Source of the DNA: Leucoraja erinacea
Taxonomy: Eukaryota
Assembly (NCBI RefSeq): GCF_028641065.1
Contig: NC_073384.1
Coordinates: 17,174,001 to 17,238,000 of the forward strand
Reading direction: 5' to 3'
DNA: 64,000 bases
This document shows, piece by piece, positions 1 to 11,616 of the stretch (within the stretch, counting starts at the first letter, position 1; each line of letters starts with the position of its first letter). A model generated the notes under the pieces. It made no database searches, had not been told where the DNA came from, and worked only from the letters and a program-made list of their open reading frames with translations. Both the position numbers and the translations under genes were made by a program.

Positions 1-1927
1 TGCATCTTTAATGGGAAAATATGTCTTCTTAAAAAAATACTCAGCACAGTCATGCTTGAAGAGTGCACAGAATCTAACACTAAATTTGTAGAATTTTATT
101 AGTCATACTAAATCATGCAAAATGGAGTCCTTTTGATTAGGGCCATAGGTGTGCACAGCACAGGAATGGGCTCTTGTGATACTTAAAACCAGAGCAATGT
201 TACTGAGTTCAGTGATCCTGCAATATTATATAACCTGTGCATGGGGCTAAACAAAGTTCTGAATGGGTTTGTGGAGAGGTTTGCTCATGCTACTCAAGAT
301 ATTTTAAACTAGTGAGACATGGGGTTGGGACCCAGAATGACAGCTGACTCATGTGTAGACAATAGAACAGGCAAGTCCAGTGAAAGCAATGGCAGAGATG
401 GGAGGGGGAGCATGAGAGGTTTAACTGCATTTAAAGCAAGAAGCACAGCAAGTGAGACGGATGAGTTGAGAGTGTAGATCAGCACACAAGATTATGAGGG
501 GAAGCGTGGATGAGGGAAGAGCTGTAATCTATTATTAATTTATTATTAAGTAAGTGGAGCTTTTGCAATATATCAGGATTGGGTGGAGTCAAAAGGTTTT
601 TGTAAAGAGTAAAGGAAATCATATTCAACAAATCAGCTAATTTCTTGAGATTGCAGTTAGCAGCACAGATAAGGGAAAACTAGCTGATGTGCACTTGGAC
701 TTTCAGAAGGCACAAGCTACAAAGAAGGTGCAGATAAAAAATAAACTCACACATACCTGTCTTTCCACTTTCCATTACCCACCAATAGTCCCTCTGGGTT
801 CCTATATCTGCCACATCTCCTCCTCCTCCCCCTTCCGGTTCCAATCTACCTCACCATCCGCCCTCGGGTTCTACATTTTATTTCACAGCTTTTCTTATCA
901 GAATTCATTATTTGTATTTTTTTGTCTTCTCTGCTTATCATCTCCAGTCTTTACTAATATATTTGTCTATCGCTCCTGCACATCATTCATCTAACAATCA
1001 ACCCTTCCATATCTGAGTCTACCTGTCACTTGCAAGCTCTTGCCCCACCCCTACTCCCTCACGGCTTTCCACCAGCTCTCTCCTACTCCATCAGTCTGAA
1101 GAGGTCTTGACCCGAAACACTGTCTGTCCATTTACCTTCACAGATGTTGGCTGACCTGCTGAGTTCCTCTGGAACTAATATATACATTGGAGTTCCTTGG
1201 ACTATCTTTGATCGGACTTCACTGGCTTTATCTAGCATGAAACGTTATTCACGTTATTCCCTTTATCGTGTATCTGTGGATGGCTCAATTGTTATTATGT
1301 ATTGTCTTTCCACTGACTGGTTGGCCCGCGAAAGACTTTTACTGTACCTTGGTACACATGACAATAAACTAAACTCAAACTCTAAAACTCAAGCTTGGCT
1401 TTTTCCTAAGCATTTCATAATATTTCATCACCCATGTACATACATCTTTTGGATTTCATGGGCTAATCTATTCCTTTTAATAACTCAAGTTATCCTCTTT
1501 CTCTCCTTATTCAGATTTGTTTCAGGAGGGATATGGGCCAAATGCAGGCAGGTGGGACTAGTGTAGCTGGGACATGTGGGCAGGTTGGGCAAGTTGGGCA
1601 GAAGAGCATGTTCCCACACTTTATGACTATTTGACTTTATGCTATTAGTTGGTAATATCTTCCATCTTTGACGACTCAAACCCAAAGGGTTCTTCATCCA
1701 CAAACCATTTGCGGAGACTATTTACACTTTTGATTTTTGTTCCCTTGTACTCGTCCTTTCACACACTTATCTATTTCCTAGCTGTTGCACTTTACACGCC
1801 AAGGATAACTTCTCCACTCTCTGTTTTACTGGGAGTGGTCACAGAATTCCCATGTGTCGGTGAGTCATTGCGTGAAGGTTGAAGTGTGAGCTGCTGTTAT
1901 CGTCAGTGTAGACAAACAATGACTTAC

Positions 1928-2275
1928 CAGTTACATTGAGCTGGGATCCTGCTCCATAGATGTAACTCCACACACTGCAGTTGTAGACAGCAGTGTCATT
2001 GATGGAGACATTGGCGATTGTCAGAATGTAACTGTTGCTCATGGCATTCCTGAAAGACTTAAAGCGGTCAGAGATACAGCCAGACCTGGTGACGTTGCCA
2101 TCCACAAAATGGCTCATTATCCACTCGCTGTTTTTCCCAGGTCGCTGCTGGTTCCAGTGGACGTCAGTGTCATTCACACCAGCTTTGTGCAAGACACATT
2201 GCAACTGCACGGTTACACCCTCTGCCACCTCGCTGACTGGCGGAGACTGGATAAGGACCGGATCATCCAGGGGAT
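1928..2275 (-). CDS. Gene A exon 3: second germline-joined VJ Ig domain
   Basis: Acceptor ...ttcacacag|AT and donor ACTG|gtaagt; 348 nt, phase 1-1. Encodes DPLDDPVLIQSP..VQLQC..VHWNQQRPG..LTI..DTAVYNC-SVWSYI-YGAGSQLNVT: V-set Cys/Trp/Cys, DxAxYxC and a J-like GxG G strand in one exon. Confidence 0.9.
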
Positions 2276-3219
2276 CTGTGTGAATATACATGGAGTTCAA
2301 TGGAAGGCATCATATTTCTCCAGCATTTGGTGTGTAACAGTTTCTAAAATTTGGATACCATCACATACTTCCCAGGAGGGCTCAGGATAATTGAAGAGTA
2401 AGATTATCGAGGATGTCAGATTTATCCATGTTCTCCGGACTTGCTGGCTGACCTTTTAAGTTACTCTAACAGCTTTTACCTTTTGTTCTTTATATATTAT
2501 TTGCTTTCCAAACTGCTCATTCTATCCACATGTTGACTTTAAGTTATTTTGTGTATGAGAACACCCAGATTCTTCTGACCTTAGTCTCACAACATTCAAA
2601 ACAACTTTGCATGTCCATTTTTCCTGCAGAAATGAATGACTATATTTTTCCAAGTTATAGACCATCTGGCTTGTCTTGCTCTTTATACTTGTCTGTGCCC
2701 CTTGCAGCCTCCTCACGTGTTACATCGCCTACCAATTAAGCTGGATATGTTATACTTGGTTTCTTCATCCTCGATTGTGAACAGTGAGGGTCCCAGCAAC
2801 AAAAGCTGCACCACCTCTCACTAGTCACAGCTTCTCAGCTTGAAAATCTGCTGTTCATTCCAGGAGATTTAACCAAGAGATTCTTCCATCTATGTGTCTG
2901 CTTGTGATGAATAATGGTTGATCTCGTCTGCAGCTACTTTCTCCATATGGCTCATTGATAAACCCAACCCTACTTTGCTTGTCACAAACATCTAACAACA
3001 TGAGCTTTAAAAGATTTCTCACCCATGATGTCCATTTTATACATCCACGTTGACTCTGTTCTTACACCGACCCTATTCTTCTGCCTTTGTGTTGGATTCT
3101 GATCTTTCCTTTACTGCCGATGGTGCAATGAGTTATCTACTTCACTGGAACATGGAAATTATATTGAGGGGGAATTTCAACTGTGCTTCACACTATTTAA
3201 CATGGATAGATACACGGCT

Positions 3220-4061
3220 AGGGGCGCCGCATTGATGGCAGCCTTTGCCTACAGTCTGTCTGTTTTTTTATCTTTTTTAAATTTTTAGTCTGTTTTAAAA
3301 GTGTGGTTTGGAGGTTTCTTTAGTTTTTCTATGTGGGGGATGGGGGTAGAGTAAGGGGGAAACCGTTTCCCAGTCACTTCCTGGCGAGGATGTGATTATT
3401 CTCCGAGTCGCCACCTCGCACCCCTCCCCGCGGCCTACCAACTGGATTGGCGCGGCCTTTCCTGCCGGGGACCGGCCAAAGCTTCAGCGGCGGTGGCGCA
3501 GCACTGGATTCATCGCGGAGCGGACAATGCCTTCCTGGATCGCCGATTGAAGCTCCAGAGTGCTGGGCCTGCTGCTTCAACATCGTGAAGCTGGGGTTTG
3601 TAGAGCTCCCAACGTGGGCGGCGCTGACCAACATCGCGGAGTCCTGGGGCCTTTTGCCGAGGGCCGCCAGCGTGAATCTCCGCCCAGAGCGGACTGTGGA
3701 CTTTGGGAGCCACGGAATCCAGTCGGAAGTGGCCGATTCGGATGTCCAAGCCGTTGAAGTGGTTCTCCCGTTCCGACATTGGAGTTCCATCCTCCCGGCG
3801 AGAGGGCCTGAACATCGGGCCGCATGTAGCGGTGATTACGAGGGGTCCAGGAGCCCCCCGACCACGGGTGAACAACAGAGGAGGATGACTGAATTTTGGA
3901 GCCTTCTCTCGCGGTGGGAAACTTTGATTCCGCTGTGCGGGGATGTCTGTGTTAAAGTCTATCGTGTTCTGAGCTCTTTATTATTCGTATGGCTGTATGG
4001 TGACCACACATTTCACTGAAACAATTGGAACATGTGACAAGTAAATGTATCTTGTATCTTG
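3220..4061 (+). mobile_element. Unclassified GC-rich retroposon-like repeat
   Basis: CpG-rich block with sharp edges, ending in tgtgacaagtaaa+(tgtatct)n, a Rex/L2-like tail. The overlapping ORFs have no recognisable protein motif. Confidence 0.5.
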
Positions 4062-5021
4062 GATTAGAGGGCCCGCATCAACACAATGCAGATGAGCATG
4101 GACTCAGATCCAGACAACAATGAACTGTCAGCCTGAGGCCGGGCATGAACACAGGTGATCAACGTGTAACCTGTTTCTTCACAGTCAGTCCCAGACCCCT
4201 GGCTTTAGATCCAGTGACTACGTTGTTGTTGTTGCCGCCTCTGCGCTGTGAGTGGTTCAAGTATCAGTGATTCCTGATTGAAAACAAGCCCGAAGGTTTC
4301 GCCAGTCGGCGGGACTGGGAACCCGTCAAAAGGCTCATCGGTCGGCATGACCGGGAGAGAGCTGGAGACGTCAGACACAAGGAGCAAGGGCCGGTGCGAG
4401 GGAAATGCCTCCAGCGCCTCCTGGTAGGCTGCTGGAGGCACCCCCGGGACACAAAGATGGCCAGGAGAGGGGAGGGATGTTGGTTTGTGGGAACTACTCC
4501 AATACATCGAGCTGTGGGCTGACCGGACGTTGCTCTTTGAATAATCAAGGCGCAAAACATGGCGGTGCCAGCATGCGTAATATATGCAAAAATAATTTCA
4601 CTGTACAGTTGCATATGTGACAAATAAAGAACTATTGACCCATTGGAATATGGAGGCAGCATTGGTTAATCTAAAGCCATGACAAGTTGTCGTTCTGCTC
4701 TCCTGTACCTTAACTCAAACAGCTGTGAGCAGTGCCCTGCTATTACACTGAGCACTGAACAATGTTGCTAGTTTTCTCTACAATGAAGAACACACTGCAC
4801 ATTGAAATTTATTTCCCACAACCCAGATCTGACATCAGTTACCATATCAGTGCTCACACCATTAGTGAGGGGCCACAATATATTGGTTTCCAGAATCAGG
4901 GCTCCAGTACGATCTCCTTACTCTTTCAGTTCTCCCGGTACATGTGCCAATTCAAGGGAAGTGAATTACACCCAATATAGTTACACATAGGTTAATAAAA
5001 CCAAATATAATTTGTACTCAC

Positions 5022-5366
5022 TGGTTACGTTGAGCTGGGTTCCATTCCCGCTGATATTTACCCACACTGTGCAGTAATAGACGGCAGAGTCATTGAGCAT
5101 CACGTTTGTGACATTCAGGATGAAGCTGCTGTTGGAGGCGTCTTTGAACGGCTGGAACCGCTCAGTGAAGCCTGATTTCCTTCGTACGCTGCCTCCTGCC
5201 TTGTGTTCTAAAATCCACTCCATGTCCTGCCCGGGTAGTTGTTGGTACCAGCGGACGTCAGTTTTTCCCACTTCAGCGTTCTCCATGGAGCAATGTAACC
5301 GTGCCGTGTGACCCTCAGTGACACGCTCCAGCCTCGGGAATTGGATCAAGATCGGAGGATTTGCAA
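5022..5366 (-). CDS. Gene A exon 2: first germline-joined VJ Ig domain
   Basis: Acceptor ttttttccctttcaag|TT and donor ACCA|gtgagt; 345 nt, phase 1-1. Encodes ANPPILIQFP..ARLHC..VRWYQQLPG..ERFQPFKDASNSSFILNV..DSAVYYC-TVWVNI-SGNGTQLNVT. Confidence 0.92.
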
Positions 5367-5619
5367 CTTGAAAGGGAAAAAATCAACAGATGAACAATAA
5401 TGTTGGAGTTGCTAAATACTTCATGTGTTTCAACTTAAAATACATTCATCCTTTGACATTAGATAACCTCATGTAAAAGCAATGCTAACTTGGTTCATGA
5501 TTGCAGCTGTTTGCAACTTTCTCCCTGTTCACGATTATCTTTCACTCTCTCTTTCTCTTTCTCTCTCTCTCCCTCCAATGTTGGGAGGTGTTGCCTCACA
5601 ATGGCGATTTCATTTTTCA

Positions 5620-6345
5620 TAAGAGATAGAGAGCTCAGTAATATGGCTTGAAGACGACAACTCCTCCCTCATTGTCAGTGATGATGATGAAACTTTTGTG
5701 GATATTGCCTCCATTTAATTTGCAGAAAGGATGTCATTAGGTTCCAAAAATGTGAACACACAAAATATGAGGTGATTTTGTAAAACAAGAGACAGAGAAG
5801 TTCCATGATTCGCTGAGTGTGTCAAATGGCAATCCTTGGTAATCCTTAGGGATCTGCACTTTTAACCAAATGGGAGAATTCAGAGTTATATATAAAAGCA
5901 AAATCAGATCTGAAGGAAAATCCTGGAAGCATTTAGCGGGTCAGACAGCAAAGTTGCGAGTGAAACTCAGTTCATAGTTTAGACAGTGACCGGATGTTCA
6001 CACTTGTTCACGTGATGTTCCATGTTTACAGACACGACTGAATTAGGAAGCAGAGGATGTCGTGCAAATTACAAAGATACAGACAGAGGCATTGAGTGGC
6101 CAGACTATGGAAGATGGAATTTATTGAGGGAAAATATGTCGCCATATATTTTAGATCCATCAATATCAAACCACTCTATCTTCTTAACGCGTGTCATCCC
6201 GGTTATTTTGAACATCGTTTGATGGTATATGTAAATGAATTATTCATGTATCCCAATCTATCATTCTTGCCAGAGTTACCTTTACTCACCACTGATTTTA
6301 AACAATAGTTTTATCTTTTCAGGATCTTCCAGTGTCCAGTTGCTC
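5620..6345 (+). repeat. Inverted duplication, copy 1 (partner at ~14685-15361)
   Basis: Collinear reverse-complement similarity by eye, e.g. gatattgcctccatttaattt / aaattaaatggaggcaatatc. ORF-track peptides MARLWKMEFIEGK (+) and MARLRKMEFIEGK (-) come from the two copies. Confidence 0.8.
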
Positions 6346-6470
6346 TCTAATGCCAATCCCAAAGAAGTGGTGGTGTGCTCTGATCCAGAATGCCCAGATG
6401 CCATCAGGGGGTTCGGCTACAAGGAGCTAACCAAGTTGGCCCTGCCCAAAGTCTCTCACTTCACTGTGTA

Positions 6471-6935
6471 TAGGAAGGAACTGTAGATGCTGGTTTACAC
6501 CGAAGGTAGACACAAAATACTGGAGTAACTCAGCAACTCTGGAAAAAAGGAATAGGTGACGTTTCAGGTCGAGACTCTTCTTCAGCCACAGAGGAGTAGC
6601 AGCGAGAAAGGGTGTTGCAGAACTCCCATCAGAGGAGAACCTCTTCGAAATATGCATGCCTTGAGGAGATTTCGCAGTGGAACAGACAAGGAGTGTTGGA
6701 AGGAGCATCATAAGCTGGTTTACACTAAAGATAGACACAAAACGTTGTAGTAACTCAGCAGGTGAGAAGCATCTTTGGAGAAAAGGAACAGATGTCATTT
6801 TGGGTCGAGACCCTTCTTCAGACACGAAGAAGGTCTGAAGTTGGTCTGAAGAAGGGTCTCGACCCTAAATGGCACCTATCCTTTTCTCCAGAGATACTGC
6901 CTGACCCACTGAGTCACTGCAGCATGTTCTGTCCA
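6471..6935. repeat. Penelope-terminal-derived dispersed repeat, representative copies
   Basis: Consensus gaaggaactgcagatgctgg..agtaactcagcggg..gcagcatct..gtgacgtttcgggtcgagacccttcttcag, often as an inverted pair. Also at about 1090, 9780, 10620-10850, 15830-15990, 16960-17090, 24580, 25150, 26900, 30005, 36040-36275, 37945-38175, 40430-40560, 42040-42325, 51235, 58720-59120 and 59900-60075. Confidence 0.75.
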
Positions 6936-7957
6936 TCGATCACTTCACATTTCTCTGGATTGAATTCCACATGCCACCCAATCAATGGACAATCTAGTGC
7001 TGCCCTCCAGTGGCAGCAAACATTCTTCTTCACTATCAGTAACACTGCCAATTTTTGATATGCAAGAATCTGCAAGATTCATAAATTTGGTATTTTATGT
7101 TCAAATCAAAAGGATCATTTCTAAAGCTCACAAGAAGCAAGAGGCTGGGGACAATCAATCCACAGAGCCTTCCATTCAGAAAACCTCTCAGCATCCGTCA
7201 TCCTGTTTCACTCAAGCAGCTACTTCTCAACCCCTCCCACTTTCTGCTGATATTTCTCCCCACATCATGCCTCTAATGCTTCTACAATTATTTTTAATTT
7301 TGGTTCACTGTGTTTTGATCCCTCAACAAAGAGAAGTAGGTAATTCCTAACCAGGCCCCTCAAGCTTCCCTCACCATTCAATATGATCATGGCTGATCTG
7401 CCCAGAAGTCATCTCATCCTCTGTGCACAATCGACCTTGATCCTCCCGATCCCTCAAAAGGTTGTCTCCCTCCACCTTAAGTACTTTAAATGGTCTAGCT
7501 TCTACCACTCCCTGAGGCAGAGTTTAGTGCAGTTTAGAGATACAGAGCGGAAACAGTCCCTTCAGCCCACTGAGTCCACACCAAACAGCGATCCCTGCAC
7601 ATTAACACTATCCTAAATAAACACTTAAACCAAGCCAATTAACCTACAAACCTGTACACCTTTGGAGTGTGGGAGGAAATCGAAGATCTCTGAGAAAACC
7701 CACACAGTAATGTGGGGAACGTACAAACTCTGTACAGGCAGTACCCACACTCGGGATCAAACCCGGGTCTCTGGCGCTGCAAGGGCTGTAAGGCAGCAAC
7801 TCCACCGCTGCACCACCGTGCCGCCCAATTTCAGAAATTCACTACTCTCTGCAAAAATGTCTACACACCTCAGTGTTTTAAATGACCGGGCATTTATTGT
7901 AATATGTTCCCTCAGTCAAGATTCTCTCACAAGTGCAAACATCTAAGTATCTACCCC

Positions 7958-8370
7958 ATCACGCCGGGATCACCAGCTGATGTTGTAATAAAAGAGACCG
8001 GAGTGACCGATACTGTACGTGGTAACTTTTAGTAGCGATCTGTATGATTGGTCAAACGGAGATTTGCCGTGTGGGAGAAGCTTTAAGCTATCTCTGATGA
8101 AGAAATGGATAGAGATAGTGAAGAACATCAACCCCCAAAGAAGGGGGAAGCAGATGGTAAACAAAGAGGGAAATAAGGGTCCTGTGTCTATAGCACAAAA
8201 GCAGGTGATAGTGTTGTTAGTTATAGTTGTACTGCTGTATATAACTTTAAGATTAAAGGACAAAATAACGCTTCCGTCCCTCTGGAGCAACAGCAAGGGA
8301 ACGCCCAACAGGGATGGTATCCAGTCCCACGCTGATACTTTTATAATCTCTAGAACAGACCCACTGCCGT
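7958..8370 (-). mobile_element. LTR remnant with tRNA-Trp primer-binding site
   Basis: Minus strand ..CA-gc-TGGTGATCCCGGCGTGAT (7958-7975), 16/18 to the complement of the vertebrate tRNA-Trp 3' end as recalled (TGGTGACCCCGACGTGAT). TATAAAAG on the same strand at about 8339-8346. Confidence 0.5.
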
Positions 8371-8839
8371 TAAGGAAGATTATTCCCGATGTTGGGGAAG
8401 TCCAGAACTAGGGGTCACAGTTTAAGGATAAGGGGGAAGTCTTTTAGGACCAAGATGAGAAAATCTTTTTTTACACAAAGAGTGGTGAATCTGTGGAATT
8501 CTCTGCCACAGAAGGTAGTTGAGGCCAGTTCATTGGCTATATTTAAGAGGGAGTTAGATGTGGCCCTTGTGGGTGAAGGGATCAGGGGGTATGGAGAGAA
8601 GGCAGTGATGGGATACCGAGTTGGATGATCAGCCATGATCATATTGAATGGCGGTGTAGGCTCGAAGGGCCGAACGGCCTACTCCTGCACCTATTTTCTA
8701 TGTTTCTATGTTACTGGGAAGACAGGCTCTGTGCAAACTGGAAGCGGTCTTACATTGCACCGCAGACGGTATGTTTATGGAACAACCTCAAATTCGGACC
8801 CATCAATTGCTCAATATAATTAATAAGGAAAAACAAGGG

Positions 8840-9590
8840 CATAGAAACATAGAAAATAGGTGCAGGAGTAGGCCATTTGGCCGTTTGAGCCTGCACGGCC
8901 ATTCAATATGATCATGGCTGATCATCCAACTCAGTATCCTGTACCTGCCTTCTCTCCATACCCACTGATCCCTTTAGTCACAAGGGCCACATCTAATTCC
9001 CTCTTAAATATAGCCAATGAACTGGCCTCAACTATCTTCTGTGGCAGAGAATTCCACAGATTCACCGCTTTGTGTAAAAAATGATTTTCTCATCTCGGAC
9101 CTAAAAGACATCCCCTTAGCCTTAAACTGTGACCCCTTGTTCTGGACTTCCTCAACACCGGGAATAATCTTCCTGCATCTAGCCAGTCCAACCTCTTTTG
9201 TAAGACTCTTTAATATCCCCCATCAATCTTCTAATTTCTAGCGTGTACAAGCCGAGTCTATCCAGTGTTTCTTCATATGAAAGTCCTACCATCCCAGGAA
9301 TCAGTCTGGTGAACCTTCTCTGTACTCCCTCTGAGGCAAGGATGGCTTTCCTCAGATTAGGAGACCAAAACTGTAAGCAATACTCCAGGTGTGATCTCAC
9401 CAAGACCCTGTACAACTGCAGTAGAACCTCCCTGCTCTTATACTCAAATCCTTTTGCTATGAATGCTAACATACCATTCACTTTCTTCACTGCCTGCTGC
9501 ACCTGCATGCCTACTTTCAATGACTGGTGTACCATGACACCCAGGTCTCGTTGCATCTCCCCTTTTCCTAATCGACCATTATTTAGATGG
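8840..9590 (-). mobile_element. CR1 LINE 3' fragment
   Basis: QRDLGV..LEYCLQFWSP..VQRRFTRLIPG and a catagaaa tail. Same-subfamily tails at 8373-8710 (+) and 34229-34635 (-). Confidence 0.85.
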
Positions 9591-11616
9591 GCAAAATCCC
9601 CCCATCCCATACTGTTGGCAATTGAGTAGCAATCCGCACAGTCAATTAGTCAGCCGACTTCATTGTGCTCTGCAAAGAGTGCAGGATCCAACAGACCAGT
9701 ATTTACAGTATCTTGTCGAAACCAGCCGAGAACATAAGTGAACGCATTGCATGGCATTATATACACAAACAGCTGCAGTAACTCAGTGGTGCAGGCAGCA
9801 TCCGCGGGGAGAAGGAATGGGTGATTTTTCAGGTCGAGATCTTTCTTCAGACATATATGTATATATACACACACTGAACCCTTTTTCTCATTTATTATGT
9901 TGTTTACAGTGTACTATGTTTACATATTCTGTTGTGCTGATGAAATAAAGAATGTTGTTCTATCTGGGACATGTGACAATAAAACACTCTTGACTCTTGA
10001 CACATATCCTGCACTGCAGTAAACAATCTGCTTGATGGGCACAAATGTGGACATTCTGCCACGATTTCTCCTGAATTTCCCCCACACTTAGAGAATGTTT
10101 AAACTTTTCCTAGCACCCGATTTACCGAAAGAAAGAGACCTGCCTTTTACAATCCATATTTTGAAACATTTTTCAAAATAACGTGTTCCTCATTGCTTAA
10201 TAGTTAGAAAAAGTAACTTGCAAGTCCATTTTAACTCTTGAACTTCTACAGATATACAGTTGAGAACATATTGAATGTTGCATCAGGGTTCGGCCACTCA
10301 AACACCCAGGAGTGAAGAAAATTGCAAAAACTGGTGATCGCTGCCCAGTCCATCGTGGGTTCTGACCTCCCCACCATCAAAGGAAGTTACAGGAATCACT
10401 GCCTCAAAAAGGCAATAGACAATAGGTGCAGTAGGCCATTCAGCCCATCGAGCCAGCACCGCCATTCAATGTGATCTGGGCTTATCATCCCCAATCAGTA
10501 CCCGGGTTCCTGCCTTCTCTCCGTATCTCCTGACTCCGCTATCTTCTAGAGTCCTATCAAGCTCTCTCTTGAATGTATCCAGAGAACCGGCCTCCACCGA
10601 CCTCTGAGGCAGAGAATTCCACAGCTTTTTGTGTCTATCTTTGGTATAAACCAGCATCTGCACACTTGTGTCTTTATGAAGCTGTAGTAACTCAGCAGGT
10701 CAGGCCGTATCTTTGGAAAATTAGGTGACATTTTGAGTCGAGACCTATCTTCCGACCAAAGAAGCGTCTCAATCCTAAAAAACATCACCTATTCCTTTTC
10801 TCCAGAGATGCTGCATGACCCGCTGAGTAACTCCAGCTTTTTGTGTCTATTGAGACACAAATATTAGGCACTGCATTAAAGATTTGCTGGAATTGTGGAA
10901 AGCATCCTAGCAAGATGCATCACAGCTTGGTTTGGCATCGTCTACCCAAGATTGCAAGATATTGTGGAGTTGTGGATTACAGTTTATTACAATTCAGCCA
11001 CCCTCTCCCATCGACTACAACTACACTTCATGCTGCCTTGGGAAGGCAGCTAACATAGTCTAGGATCTTTTTTACCCCAGTTATTCCCTCTTCTTCCCTC
11101 TCTCTTTGGGCAGAAGATATAAAAGCTTGAAACTACATACCACCAGATTCAGGAACAAGCTCTTCCCCACTGTTATCAGACTACTGAACAGAACTCCCTT
11201 AAGCTGGGGCACCGGCCCGATCTTCCAAATTATCTCATTGCCGATCTTAAGATTTTTTTCTCTGTAACTTCAAGAACCAGAGGACATAGATTTAAGGTGA
11301 GGTGGGAAAGATTTACCAGGAACCTGAGGGGCAATGTTTTTTCACAAAGGGTGGTAGGTGTATGGAAGGAGCTGCCAGAGGAAGTAGCTGTCTTTATCAT
11401 AATGTTTCAAAAATATTTGGACAGGCACTTGAATAGGATGTATAGAGGGATATGGGCCAAACAGAGGCAGGTGGGACTAGTTTAGACGGGGCATGTTGGT
11501 TGGCATGGGCAAGTTGGTCGGTATGACTCCATAACTGTAATGCTATCATGCTGTAACATTATATTCTGTGCTCTGGTAATTTTCTCTTTACACTACCTGT
11601 TGTACTTGTGTATGAC

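Noticed and set aside
3374-4662. Cluster of overlapping ORFs or a CpG-island promoter
   Set aside because: GC-rich interspersed repeats with retroposon-like tails; ORFs in many frames reflect base composition.
5065-5071. Perfect RSS heptamer CACAGTG (minus strand) at the V/J boundary of the first VJ exon of gene A
   Set aside because: It arises from the codons TGC ACA GTG (C-T-V). There is no ACAAAAACC-like nonamer at 12- or 23-bp spacing, and the paralogous exons lack it.
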